From Leucoraja ocellata (lineage: Eukaryota), in NCBI GenBank assembly GCA_036785375.1, contig JAWMAR010000026.1, positions 11,904,001-11,968,000 of the forward strand: 64,000 nt of DNA, read 5' to 3'. A program made the position numbers and the translations under genes. The notes under the pieces were generated by a model, which saw nothing but the letters and a program-made list of their open reading frames with translations, was not told the DNA's origin and did not search any database. Positions 13,401 to 26,696 of this stretch are shown here, in pieces. How positions within the stretch are numbered: position 1 is the first letter of the stretch; each line of letters opens with the position of its first letter.

Positions 13401-16400
13401 AAATTATATTTTACCTCTTTTCCAAAAGAATCTGAATATCAAAATAAAAATATCTTGCTCCAATTGTATTAAGCGGAGAATTTGTACCGATCAAACATGT
13501 ATGTCTTTGTAGTTCATCAATTGGTTCCTGGTCAAGGTGGATTAAATAGTGTGACTAACAATAAAAGCAAGTTGAGAAGATATCCTGTTGCACACGACTT
13601 ACCTGACACCACATCCCTCCCCTTACCTGGATCAGTGCAGTCCCATCGGCGCTCGGAGCCAACAGCATCCAGGGCAGGGAACACTCTCGGCAACAGTACT
13701 GGTGATTTTGTCACTTGCAAAGGTGTGAGGTCTTGATGAATAGCTTCACTGTTCATCACACCCAATAGTTTTTGGTGGAATAAACGTTTCAGGCCCATCT
13801 ACCTGTTCTGCTCTCTTGTGAGATAGTTGCCTTTATAACCTGCCTTCAAACAATTGCATTTTGGGGTTCCAATGTGTCCTACTCTTTAATGAAAATGATC
13901 TTTGGAATCCTTGGTTATCAGATCTGTGGACAGAACCACAGTTCTGGGCTGAATGGGCTTTAATTTTTAGCTCGGTTTCTATCTCCACAGATACTGCCAG
14001 AAAAGTGTGTGTTTTATTTTTGTCTTTGCTTACAAAAGATAGTTGCTGGACCTGCATTTTGTGTCTCCTGTCTTTTGTCGAAGGAGAGAAGATTTGTGTA
14101 TCAAGTCTTAACTATCATGCAGCTACTGCCTCTAGAGGCAATTCCGTCTAATGCAAATGTTTTCTCCACCATTCCCCTTTTCGCTGCAACTAAAAATTCC
14201 CTTATTTTCTTGCAATTTAAAATCTATGGATTGTCTTCCTTTTAACCTGCCAAAATCTTTCCATGTGCATTTTGTCGCTTGTGACATCTTTATAATTTTT
14301 GTTCTGCAAGGCTTACTGTCATTGAGTTTTGTCTGAAGTAAATGTTTTTTTACCTCATTTAGGAAGCTTTTGGTTTGACAGTCTTGGCCTCTTTCTTCAT
14401 TGGTGATGTGTTCTATTGAAATCCTTGAATCTTCTCCTTGCACTCTTTGCCATTGAGCAGTTCATTTGAGTCCATTTGCTGAATTATTTGTTTTAAATTG
14501 ATTTTGATGCACCTTGAACTTTCCATGTCCTTTACTATAACTATTGTTAATCATTGAATTTTGTTTAGAATCTGTTTCCAATTTAAAATGCCTGGCTTGA
14601 TTCCCAAACTAATCCAGAATTGCTTCTATGATTGTTGAAACCTCTGAAGGAAACCAATTCATTCACTAAAGCTGAAGATGGCTAGACCCCATCTTGCAAA
14701 TTCATGTTAGTGCTGCTTCTTGGCATGAATGTAGTTTCACTTTTAGTGGCATGTCTGTTCCATTTAGGACAGTTTCCTGATTCCTCAGTGGATATTGGGC
14801 ACAAGCTTCTACTTTTGCAGAATACTTCTGCTTCTGAAGCATTTCAGCTTGTATGCCCTTTTCAGCTACTAGATTGGTTTAATTTTCCAAGTTGAAATAG
14901 CTGTGATACCGACTAATGTAGGTGAGCATATCCTTTGCAAATTATCTTGGTCATACAAATGGTGTCACGAGTCATTTAATCCACTGCAGTTGAAATTTTG
15001 CAATAGACTGTCATCTGGCCTTAAATTAAGAGAATGCTCGTAGAACTTGGCGAGCCAGGCAGCATCTGTGGAGCAAAATGAACAGAATATTTTTGATCAG
15101 AAGTAAGAATCCTGCCTGGCACCTGATCCTCTGAACCTGGTTGGTTCAAGCAATAGTGCTGTTATGGAGATGTTAATGAACTGAAGTTTCCTGTCCTTGG
15201 TGTTTTTAAGTAGGCTCTATGTTGATATCCTGACAGGTAATGCAGTGATATTAAATGATAAGATTATCACCCGAGGACATGAATCTTATGAGTCCTCCAC
15301 GCTTAGTCAAGACTAAAATCATGTAGACTGTTTGCTTTAGTCCCCACAAACCAAATTTTTCCCCATGACACTTAAGTTGGTACTCTCTCAATAAGACTGC
15401 CCAACATTCTTGAGGAAAGCAATTCACAGCTGCTCTCCAGGTTATGTATTCTAGATGGTTGCTGTAAAGGAGATTAAGTTTCCTTTAAACAGTTGGATTA
15501 TACACTTCATCTGTGCACATCAGAAGAGGTTTCTTCCACTTGCTCCATACTTCCTCAATTTAAAGTAATGGGGTTGTGTCTCCCATCTTTACACTTGGAG
15601 CAATTTGTCTCCAATTGATCTCCATAGCTGGAATCGTGGGTTTAGCCTCGTCCGATTCTCTTGAGACTCTGACTTGTTTTCAAAAGGTTGTTGCCATGCA
15701 ATCTACAGTTACAGTTAACACCTGAATGTTTATAAATATTTACCATCTAGTCACTTTGTAAGAAGAAACTAGACGTACATTGCTCATTTAACTCAATCTT
15801 GCATTGACCATGCTCTCTGTATGTTAAATTGTGCTTTCTCACAAAGGTATGTCATGTTGAGCATTCTATGTTAAACATCTTACGCTGTCCACTTCAGTCT
15901 GTTGTAATCTGGTAGCTGGATAACATTTAATTGGATTTCCTACTTTATGTCTTGCTACATTTTAAAATAGTACTTCACTAATCCCACCTATCCATGTTTG
16001 GTCCCTATCCCTCCAAACCTGTCCTAACCATGTACCTGTTTAGCTGGTTCTTAAACAATGGGATTGTCCCAACCCCAACCACCTCTTCAGACAGCTTGTT
16101 CCAAACATCAACCACCCTAGGTTACCCCTTGGATTCCTATTCGATCTTTTCCCCTTCTCCATAAACCTATGTCATCGATTCACCGACTCTGTGCATCTAC
16201 TTGATCTATTCCTCCCATGATTTTATATACCTCTATAAGATCCTCTTGTCTCCTGCGCTCCAATGAATAGAGTCTCAACCTATTTGACCTCTTCGTATAG
16301 CTCAAACCCTCTAATCAGACAACATCCTCGTAAATCTTCTCTCTACACTTTCCAGCTTGACAACATCTTTCCTATAACATGGTGCCCAGAATTGAACATA

Positions 16401-19400
16401 ATACTCTAAATGTGGCCTTGCCAACATTTTTTTACATCTGCAACATGACATCTCAGTTTCACAACTTCTATACTCAATATACGATACTTCTATCTGACCT
16501 GTTAATTTTGATTGCCACCAAACATGTGTTTTAAGATCCCCAATCACTCGAGGCTTTGTTTACAATTCTTCCTCATCCCCTCCAGGAATCCACTCTACTT
16601 TTGCTTTAATCTCCTTCAGAGTAATTAAGACCTCGACACTGATACTGTTCCAACCATTTAATCTATCTCTTCTCTGATGGCTTTCAAAGAAGTCATACTT
16701 CACTCCATAGCCCTGTTCATTTTGTCCACATGCATTCTTATTTTGTACTTGTCCAAACTTAAAGATGCATGGAAATGGCTTCCATATTTTTGTATACTCT
16801 TCCAGCTTGAATTGTTGGAAAGACACTCATTCTTTGCTCTTTCTTTTGCTGGTATCTTCAAATTGGACCTAATTAACTCATTCAGCAGAGTGCAATTCTT
16901 CCCCACCAGAACCACTTGGTTCTGCCTCCAAGGTTAAAATGTTCCAACATTACTCATAACTGAGGTACATGTGATATCATCCACCAAGCGTTGCCACACT
17001 TTCATCTTTGCATTATTTCTAATGACAATTAGTCTTCAGTTTATGTTATCCTTCTCGCACTATGGCTTATAGGTTTGCTATTCACGCATCCACTCAATTT
17101 CAATACATCTTCCCCATTTAAAATCCATTTTATCTGTATAACCCTATGCAGTTTGAAGTGTTACTTTAACTTTTTATAAAGCAGATTGGCTAACCCATCG
17201 CTCTCCTACCTACGTTCTTTAAAAAGTATCACTGGATGTATGCGAATGAGGATCACTTCTTCCCACTTTATCATGTCTTATGTTGGTTTCCCATACCAAG
17301 TTCAACTCCAGCTCCCAATTCTGTACAAATTTCTATTAAACTTTCTCTTGTGATGTTCTTCAGCACAATCATGTCTGACATTGTAGCCATAACATTTGCA
17401 ATTCCTTGCTCCTCTCTGTTAACAGTTTGCAAACCTCTTGCTGAATATCCCATTGAGCAAAGGCCAACTGGTCTTTTCATTTTCCATACTCTTGCTTATT
17501 GTAAATGGCATTTCAAGCCCCATTGGATAATATTGTTCTTGTTGTATCGGTTGATAACTTTCATTTCTCTGTTTGAATACAGCAGCTAATGTATTCTGAT
17601 TTCCTTGCAGTGGCCATAATCTATTACTTCTGGAAGGTTCCAGAAAATGAGCGCCATGAATCTGCTCTAGAGAGGAACAAAAAGGCACTGAATGCTGAGC
17701 TGAATATGTGGGAAGGATACCTTGGGAAGGTAAAAGGGCATAAATAAACGAACATATATAAATGAACTGTCAAGAGAATTAAATCACCTGACCACTGAAT
17801 CTACTTTCTCTTCTAGCTGCCTCCAAATTCTCACATTACGGGGAAAAACTTTACAATGGCAGATGTAATGCTGTTTCCACAGTTGGCCTGTGCTTTTCGT
17901 TTTGGGTGAGTTATTTCTGAAAATGTAAAATGATTCAATTTGTTAATCTTTTGCTAGGATAGCCATGTGTTATTGGAGAGCAGTATCTTTTGCTGTCTAT
18001 CAGTAATTCCAGCCTGAAGAAAACAGCAGCTAAAAAGTGTAAAGGTAGCCCCAGTCACCTATCATCTCATGGTTTTAGTTTGAGATTAAAAGTGACCAAA
18101 TTACCAGGAGCAACTACCCTATATATCTTTAGAAATTGTGTAAAGCAGCCTCCTTGGCATCTGAGAGCTAGTTTGTTTTATCAACAATTGCTCCTCAGTA
18201 CAATTGTCCCTCGTGTTCCTCTGGAGCATCAGTGTGGAATCTTGTGCTTGGCCTTTATATGTTAAAACCTTGGTTCCCTGACACTTTATCGGCACTCTCT
18301 GTAACCAACGTTTCCAAGAGTCTAGCTAAACCTGGACTAGAGCTGTGTTGGGAATTGCTAAAACTGTACTGGGGCTTACTGTTGCATCTTACTCTTTGGA
18401 ACTTGGTTAATCTTCTTTCGTGTCCTTCTCTCATGTTTCAAATGTTGACATCGCTGTCATCATCCGTCCTGAAAAAGGACGTAAATTTCCAGTGACAATC
18501 AGTGGAAGCCATCTCTTGCAATAGATGATGGTGGTAGCAGAATTAGCTCGGAAAACTTCCAATTTCCAGCCCAGCGACATGGACGCTTCTGCTATGGGGC
18601 CACTTGGGTAATGGAGATGATTAACAATTGAATATTATAGACTTTTGTTACTTCCCTTAATCCATAATGCTAAAGATTGGATAATAAGGTGTAATTTAAA
18701 TCTTCACTAACCAGCGTATTTGATCAGTCGGTGTCTCCCTCCCTGTCATAAATATAATGGATAGTAAGGTTCCATTGCAGTTGAATTTGAACCCGACTGT
18801 CATGGAGGTGAGTCCTTTGGAAGTGCAAATGACTGTAGATGCTGCAATTTTGAGCAAAACATTAGGATCTCTGGGTCGGCAGTGTCTGTGGAGGGAAGGG
18901 CGGGTGACATTTCAGGTCTGGAATCTTTTTCCCACTGATAGGAGGAACAGGAGAGCAGAAAATGAGGTGGGAGCAAAGGTGAAAGAGTAGGCCAAAGCCT
19001 GGCAAATAATAGGTGGGGTAGAGCCGTGGGAGTTTGTTGGTAAATTATTCAGTAAGTTGTCATCTTGAGGCTACATCACAAGATTAGATATTGTTCAGTC
19101 AGAGCTGAACACTCTTCTCTGCATCTTCATTGTAGGCAGTGAGATTGGCAGCTGTGCATTGGTTTTCTAGCTGAGGGCCTTTCAGCAGATGTTCCATTGT
19201 TTGCGATGCAATACCACATTTGCAGGTGACACCGTTGGAGTTTAGAGACACCTTAGCTCTGCCGACACCAGTTCTCAATCGATTGAGTCATTTCCATCTG
19301 GCCCAACTTGCATCTGCACCAGGAGGGAGTTGCTCACTTGCCGTTAGTCCATGGTAGTTAAGGGAGGTAGAGTGGCTATTTTATCACCCCATAAGGAGAC

Positions 19401-20828
19401 TTGTGCTTCATTTGTTATAATGCCAGCCTCGAGAGGTCGCGCAGTTAAGAAAACTTTTCCTCAAATTTAAGCAGCTCAGAAATGGTGTTTGGCCAAACGT
19501 TGAATGTCGTTCATCTGTTAACTGCCGCTTGTGCTCCTTCATGCTGGCTCCTGCTCTTCTGATGTTTGGCGGGGCTATGCCTACCAGGAGGTAGAGGCTG
19601 TTGGTACTTGTTGTCTTGAGACAACCTGTAACAAGTCTGCAGGAAGATTTGAGGGCTGGGTCCAGCTTCTTGGCATGGGTGGATAATTCCCATACTGGGC
19701 ATGCATACTCTGCAGTAGAATGGCAGAGGGACAAGGCAGTGTAATGTAGGGTCTGTGGGTGTGGGCTAGCACTCCATCTTGTGTTGGTTAGCTCACTAAC
19801 AACATTGTTGCGTGCACTCACTTTCGCCTTTGTCTTTTCAATATGGGTCTTGAAGGTAAGACATAGGTCAAGAGTTACACCAAGTTAAGGTGCTCACAGT
19901 GCTCCAATGTTGTCCCAGACTAATTCACCTGAAGTTGTCTCTTGGCTTCTTGGTTTCTCAAGTTCAGTAAGTGATGAAGGCGAGAGTTGAATAAAAGACA
20001 ACATGGTGCTATATTTTGGTGTTTCTTTAAATCTCAAATGTTTTTTTCTTAAAAGATTGTCACAGAAATTTGTTTTCATTTTTCTTGTGATCCAATTTTA
20101 AGGCGTTTATGACTTATTCCTTGGTTTCTGGCAGTTTGAGATATTGTTCATTAGATGTGATGTGAACTGAAGCCAGAGACGGTGTTGCACTAATACCATT
20201 GACACTTGCTGTAATCTTTATGAATTGCACTGTAGCAGTTTTGTTTTTAAGATCTAGCTGGGTTTCTCTGATTTCAGGTAAGCCCATGTATGGATAAAAT
20301 ATTTACTGGGAGCTGAAGAAAATTTGAAGTGCTGCTCAGAAACTGATGGCTGGTCTTGCTTCCAAGTTAAATGCTCCAATGTCTGAATTATTGGATTACA
20401 GCTTCTGAACTAAATTTGTCTGTTAAATTGCAAACTGTTGCATATGAAATATGTAAATTCAATGTCTATTAATATTGAAGAAGCAATACCCCTGGGTAAA
20501 ATTTAAAATTCATCTGGACCTTGTGATTTGGATGAACATCTTTTGACTTGAGCACGAATAATTGAGATCAGTAATTATCCCAGCTCGTTTATCCGGTAGT
20601 TGCAACATTTAGTTTTTAAGTGGATTAATGTGCTAAAACAGGATGATAACTCGACCACTGATTAAATTTCATAATTTTGCTTTTCAATTTTCTAGCCTGA
20701 CGACTGATAAATATCCCAGAATGTTTGAGTACTACTCCAGAGTGAAAGAGCGGCCCAGCATCAAGGCTTCATGGCCTCCCCATTGGAACGAGAGCCCTCC
20801 AATGATGGACGTGCTGAAGGATATCTGA
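10304..20828 (+). CDS. gstr: Glutathione S-transferase, rho class; 6 exons: 10304-10471, 10718-10783, 10969-11074, 17611-17729, 17817-17905, 20696-20828 (681 nt, 226 aa)
   Basis: All introns are GT..AG with consistent phases (0,0,1,0,2). Spliced protein [19 protein letters not shown]...INPRGQ|[22 protein letters not shown]|[12 protein letters not shown]...|...WEGYLGK|...[13 protein letters not shown]...|...[12 protein letters not shown]...LKDI*. It has the rho-class [21 protein letters not shown] and SWPPHW motifs. Confidence 0.95.
10718..10783 (+). CDS. gstr: GST rho exon 2
   Basis: ttgcag|[22 protein letters not shown]|gtaaga. Confidence 0.93.
10969..11074 (+). CDS. gstr: GST rho exon 3
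   Basis: ccccag|[35 protein letters not shown]+G|gtaagt. Confidence 0.93.
12061..12770. mobile_element. Internally deleted relative of the Kolobok-like element, in GST intron 3
   Basis: Shares gtagcaatgttacaaaattttgagatt, atcccatcagataaagcataaaaag, gatcgattggaacgttgc, ccgtcacgttgtaggcgttga and gccagtggcagaa with 46152-47805. Confidence 0.8.
15985..16450 (-). mobile_element. Old CR1 3' portion in GST intron 3
   Basis: [33 protein letters not shown]. Confidence 0.85.
17611..17729 (+). CDS. gstr: GST rho exon 4
   Basis: ttgcag|(V)[39 protein letters not shown]|gtaaaa. Confidence 0.93.
17817..17905 (+). CDS. gstr: GST rho exon 5
   Basis: ttctag|[29 protein letters not shown]+GG|gtgagt. Confidence 0.93.
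19140..19890 (-). mobile_element. Vingi/Ingi-like LINE 3' fragment in GST intron 5
   Basis: [24 protein letters not shown]...[49 protein letters not shown]. Confidence 0.75.
20696..20828 (+). CDS. gstr: GST rho exon 6
   Basis: ttctag|(G)[46 protein letters not shown]. Confidence 0.93.
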
Positions 20829-22609
20829 GTTCACAGCAAGCGTCACTTAATCCTGCACCTTTTCAATTTAAATCGTGTAATAGACCATTGGCACTATCAG
20901 TGCCACGGAAGATTGAGTCCTGCTCAAAGAAGGCTATGTTTGTTGCTTTAAATATTATTAAACTATTATACACACCACTTTGTAACATTCAGCATGGTCC
21001 TCTGTTTATCCTGATTTAATAAGAATCCGAGTCATTTATTTACTGCAACTTTAAAATATAGTTTTTTTGTTTTGTTTCTCATTTGGATGAAGCCTCTTCC
21101 GATTGCATATCCAAATATGCATTATAGTGAAAGGTGGAAGATGCTTGTAGGTTTTTTTCTTTTTTTTTGTCTCCCTCTTCAGGAATGGCTGTTACACATG
21201 CACATTATGTACAGTCTTGGTCCAAGATCATTAGAGACCAAGCTCTTTAGTGCCAACACAAAGGCAACCACCTGCATGTACAGATGCATGCTGTATACAA
21301 ACAATTATTACTCGCCTCTTTAACTTCCCTTCCTATCTCTTGGATGAGAATGTACAAGGTCTGAAGTTTGCAAATAACACTAAAATGGGTATTATGTAGT
21401 TATCAAGAATTCCAGTGACATCTTGATCAGCTGGGGAAGTTGGCAAAGGAATAGAGTTCAATTCTGGTTTGAGGTGTTGCATTTTGAGAAGTCAAACCAG
21501 GTCGGGGTCATCACAGTGAATGATGGGGATTGTTTTCGAGCAGAGCAATCTAGGAGTGCAACTAAATAATTCTCTGCAGTTAGAGAGGAAGGCGCTTGAA
21601 ATGTCTGCATTCATTAGCTAGGGTATCGAGTATAGAAGTTGGGATGTTATGTTACAATTGCACAAGATGTTGATGAGGCTGCACCATTTCATCCACCCCC
21701 TTCAAGGACCTCTTTCTCTCTTTCTTTTCCCCCTCCTTTCCACTGACCCCTTATACTTATTTCACTCCCTCTGACTTTGATATATTTGACCGTTTTTCTT
21801 CTTTTCAGTTCCAGTCTTTGTCAATTACTTTTCCAATCAAACCCATGTCCCTGTATCCAGATATCTCTTGCTGTGCTTTATCTTTATTCAAACTCTCCTT
21901 TCTCCCTCCAACTACTATCGGTCTGATAAAGAGTCCTGGCCTGAAACATCACCTGCCCATCCCCACCATTAATGCTGCCTGCTCTCCAGTCTGGCTGTCA
22001 CTGGGGCACAACGTTTGCTGAAGTTAGTAGAACAAGGCAGCAGATGGCGACAAAGGAGAAGGTTTCAAGGTTTGTCCTCGTTAGCCTATGGTTTACTTGA
22101 GGTCTGTACTGTCATTGTGTTAACCGAGGCAATCCATGTCTAGATGTTGCCACAATTTGGGAGTGGAGTCGGCAGAGGCGGTCCTAGAAAAGGGCCTTGG
22201 AGCGATTTTCCATAACACAATATTCATCAGCGCTTCTGTCAAGAAATGGAAATTGAAACCAAAAATATTATGTTTATTTACTTATTTTTCATATTAATTT
22301 TAAGAGCAGATCAATACATATACCCACCACCCTCTGCGTGAAAAGGTTTGCTCTCTAGTTTAGAGACCTGGGCTCGATTCCGACCTCAACTGCTGTCTGT
22401 TTGGAGGTTTGACTTCTCCCTGTGACTGTGCTGGTTTCCTCCCAAATCCCAAAGACATGCCGGGTGGTGGGTTGATTGGCCTCTGTAAATTGTCCCTAGT
22501 GTTTAGGGAGTGGATGCCGAAGTGGGTTGACCTGATACTAGTGTGAACACGTGATCGATATTGGCATGGATTGGTAGGCCAAATGGCCTGTTTCCATGTG
22601 ATATCACTA

Positions 22610-23460
22610 GATTGGACTAGATATAAATGTAGATAGGTTGGTGAATAAGTTTGCATATACACCAAATTTGGAGGAGTTGCAGACAGTGAGAAAGGCTGTC
22701 AGAAGATATGGTGGGATATAGATGAGCTGCAGAAATTGATGGAGAAACGGCAAGTGGAATTTAACCCAGGTAAGTGCTTGGTGTTGCACCTCGGGTGGTT
22801 GAATGTAAGGAGAGACCATATAATTAATGACAGGACCTTTAACAGCAATGATGTGCAGAGAGATCTTGGAGTACAGGTTCATAGCTCGGTAAAGGTGGCA
22901 GCTAGGTGCAATGAATATCAGAGTCAGGAGGTCGATGCTGTTCTATAGGACTTTGGTTAAGCCATATTTGGAACATTGTGTGCAGTTATGGTCGCCGCAT
23001 TACATCAAAGATGTGGAAGCTTTGCAGAGGAGGTTTACCAAAATGCTGCTTGGATTGGAGGGTTTCAACTGCAGGGTGAGGTTGGATAGACTTGGTTTGT
23101 TTTCTTTGGAACATCAGAGGTTGAGTGAGACTTGATAGGTGCATGTGTATATAATTATGAGAGGCATCGATAGGCTAGGCAGCCAGCAACTTTTGCCCAG
23201 TGTGGAAATATCCAGCACTAAAGGGCATAGCTGTAAGGTGAGAGGGAGAACGTTATTTGCACAGAGGATGGTGGGGGCCTGGAATGCATTGCCAGGGGTG
23301 GTAGTGGAGGCAGAAACTTTAGTGGTGTTTAAGAGGCTTTTAGAATTGCACATGGAAGTCCAAGTAATGTATGGATATAGCTTACGAGATCAATTCAGAT
23401 AGGCATCACGTTCAGCACAAACATTGTGGGCCGAAGGGCCGTTTCCAGTACTCTGTTTTA
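22610..23460 (+). mobile_element. Old CR1 3' portion
   Basis: EFNPGKC, QRDLGVQVH, LVKPYLEHCVQLWSPHY, FAQRMVGAWNALP. Confidence 0.85.
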
Positions 23461-24445
23461 TATGAACTAAGCCAAACAATAGTAAACTAACCTGAACTGA
23501 GCTAAACTAAACTAATCTAAACTGAACTAAAGCATCAATGGCAGTGCGGTGGCGCAGCGGTAGAGTTGCTGTCTTACAGCACTTGCATCGCCAGAGACCT
23601 GGGTTTGATCCCGACTACGGGTAGTTGTCTGTGCAGAGTTTGCACGTTCTCCCTGTAACCGCATGGGTTTTTTCTGTGATCTTCGGTTTATTGTCTCATG
23701 TACCAATTAAGGTACAGTGAAACTCGAATTGCCATACAGCCATACAAAAACAAAAGCAACAAGACACACAACTACATAAAAGTTAACATAAACATCCACC
23801 ACAGCAGATTCCTCACTATGATGGAAGATAATAAAGTCTAATCTTCTTCCTGCGGTTGGGGCACCTGAACCATCAGCCGTCAGGGCGATCGAAGCTCCCG
23901 TGTCGGGGTGGTTGAAACTCATGCAGTTGGAGCTCCACAAGTCGGTCTCTAACCAGGAACCGCGCGCTTCATGATGTTAAAGTCCTGCAGTTGGAGCTCC
24001 GAGGTCAATCCCCGACAGGGATCACCGGCTCCCCGATGTTAAGTCTGCAGCCACCAGTTGGAGCTCCCGACATGGGTCTCCAGCAGAGCCCATCAGCTCC
24101 TCAATGACATGCCGCAGTGCGGAAGGAGATACAATACAGGAAAAAAATCGCATCTCTGTCGAGGCAAGAGTTTTAAAAAATATATACGCAACCCCTACCC
24201 CCCCCCCCCCCCCCCCCCCCCACATAAACAAGTCAAAGAACACTAAAACATATATTTGACACAGACTAAAAAGCAACAAAGAAGGAAGGGACGAGACAGA
24301 CTGTTGGCAAGGTGGCCATTATGGGCACTGCCCAGTGGTTTGTAGGTTAATTGGCTTGAGTTTGTCTAAATTATCCATGGTGCCTAGTGGGTGTAGGCTA
24401 ATGTGCGGGGATCACTGGTTGGTGCGGACTCGGTGGGCCGATGGG

Positions 24446-25366
24446 CAGTGATGGAAATGGGTTTTAGAAACTAGGGGTATTCTAAGGTCCGTGAGGCTGA
24501 GGTTGGGAAGGAAGGGGAAGCATGGGATAGTCTTCACCCTACCATAGTTACCCAACCACACGCAACTAACTTTAAGATAGCTCTTTTTTCCCCAAGAACC
24601 CTTTTTTGCTTAAGTCAAGAGTCAAGAGAGTTTTATTGTCATGTGTTCCAGATAGGACAATGAAATTCTTGCTTGTTGCAGCACAACCGAATATGTAAAC
24701 ATAATACAGAACAGGAGGTAAAAGTTCAGTGTGTTTATATACCATAGACCATATATATACACAATAAATAAACAGATAAAATGCAATTGGTTTTATTGTT
24801 CAGAGTTTGGTGATGGACCCTCCACCACCTCCAGTTTAAATTCAATTTAGAATATTTTTGGAGGACCAGGAAACCAAGAAGCAAGAGTTACTCCAGCTCC
24901 AGGGAGTGATTCTGCGTTGGTTTTCAGCAGTCGCGGCGAGGAGACGACCGGACAGTAATGGCGGCCAGATCTCCCACAATGCAAAAGGAGAGAGAAAGTG
25001 CCCGGCGCCGACCAGTTGATGATGATGTGCTGGCCGTGGTTGTGCTCATGTGCAAGGCAGCCGGCCCTGCTGGCAGATGAGGAGCGGCAGAGAGCGGACA
25101 ACTGGTGGCCCGGATACGGATGACGGGTGGGGATGGAGAGTGACAGAGAGAGTGATAGAGAGGGGCCCCGCTCATAGTTGAACGGCAGGTATCCCGGGTG
25201 CTTGCCAAGCCGGGCAAAATTACACGACTTTTAGGTTGCCCGGCAGGACGTTAGGTGGCCATTGGCACCTGGGCAACCTAAAAGTCGTGTAATTTCGAGC
25301 CCTGGACTGAAAACTGAAAAGTAGGGGAACGCCATCCCCCTGCGTACACCCCCATTTCCATCACTG
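24446..25366. mobile_element. Non-autonomous hAT element inserted in a SINE
   Basis: Perfect 16-bp TIR CAGTGATGGAAATGGG and perfect 8-bp TSD CCGATGGG (24438-24445, 25367-25374). Confidence 0.9.
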
Positions 25367-25926
25367 CCGATGGGCCTGTTTCTGCAATGTATCTTTAAAC
25401 TTAACCCAATGTCATTAATCCAACATTAATTCCAGTTTATGCTCCAGACTCTCAACAACCTCTCTGGAGATTCTATCATTCAACTACACATTGACAATTG
25501 GGGCAATTCACAGAGCAATTTACAGCAGTCGATTAACTCACCTACCCATATGTCTTTGGGATGTGGGTGGAAACTGGAGCACTTGGAGGAAACCCATGCA
25601 GTCACGAGGAAAATACGCAATCTCTACTCAGAGAGAAACCGGTCAAATAATTGAATCTATGTAGCTAATTCAGTCTCGGAAGCAAAAGAGGAAGTGCTGT
25701 AGTCCATGGGTCAGGCAGCATCTCTGGAGATAATGGATAGGTGACATTTTTGCTCTTCTTCGGACTGATTGTGGTGGAAATGGAGATAAATCCATATCTG
25801 CAGTTCCACGTATCTCTAATGCTGCCGTTAGGCTAATCTCATTCCATTGTCTTCTCTTTCTAACCCCTATATTAAAATAGTGAGGTTACATTTGCCACTC
25901 TAGAATCTGTTTGAACTATTCCCCAT

Positions 25927-26696
25927 GGACCTGTCCCACTTAGGCGACTTTTTAGGCGGGTGCAGGAGACTCTGCGCTCGCCACATGATCGTGACATGGT
26001 CGCCACATGTTCGCTGGTGGTCTCTGGTGAGTCTCCTTCAGGGTCGCGAGGAGTTCCCGCATTCTGGGGAACTAGTCGAGTCCTCAGTATGGTCACCACA
26101 AATTTTTCAACATGTTGAAAAATGTTCTGCGACCAAAAACTGGTTGCCATGGAGAAAATCAATAATCCTGTAGTCGTAGGTGCAGTTGTAGTGGGGTCGC
26201 CATGTGGTTACAGGTAGTCGAGGTAGTTTAGTTAATTGCATTTGCTGACTGGTCATTTTCATTGGCTCATTGGGGAAAAAAACGTGATGATGAGTTTTCA
26301 GAATCAAGGATAACCGACCGGTAATGTTAAATGCCTGCCGAACTTCACAGCTGTGTATCTCTGGCTTATTAAAAGTTCTCTGGCTTCTTAAAAGTTGTTT
26401 CCACTCCTTCTCCCCCCCCCTTCTCCCCTCCCCACCCCCCCCCCCTCTTTTAAAGGACTTGCTAGCCTTTCTGTTCATCGCGGTGTGTGTCTGTATCACC
26501 TTAGCTTTGCACCGTGTGAATTTCAGACAGTGCTCCCCTCGCTTGCCCTGGCCCCTGCCTTTGCGATGTGTTTGTGTGTGTGTGTGTGTTTCACTCTGAC
26601 AGTCGCCGTTCCAGTTCTCGGATTTTCAGGCGACTGCCGGCAACTTGACAGAGTCGCTGGTAGTCCGCTGAAAAATCCCCTAAGTGTGACAGGCCC
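25927..26696. mobile_element. Harbinger-type MITE
   Basis: TIRs GGACCTGTCCCACTTAGG / CCTAAGTGTGACAGGCCC; internal similarity to 1766-2579. Confidence 0.8.

Noticed and set aside
13597-13640. ACTTACCTG repeats as U1 snRNA
   Set aside because: The rest of U1 is absent; these may simply be minus-strand donor-like sites
13700-17480. Possible decayed LTR-retrotransposon gag on the minus strand of GST intron 3
   Set aside because: Only vague resemblance (FSCSEKG; [11 protein letters not shown]); no LTRs or pol motifs seen
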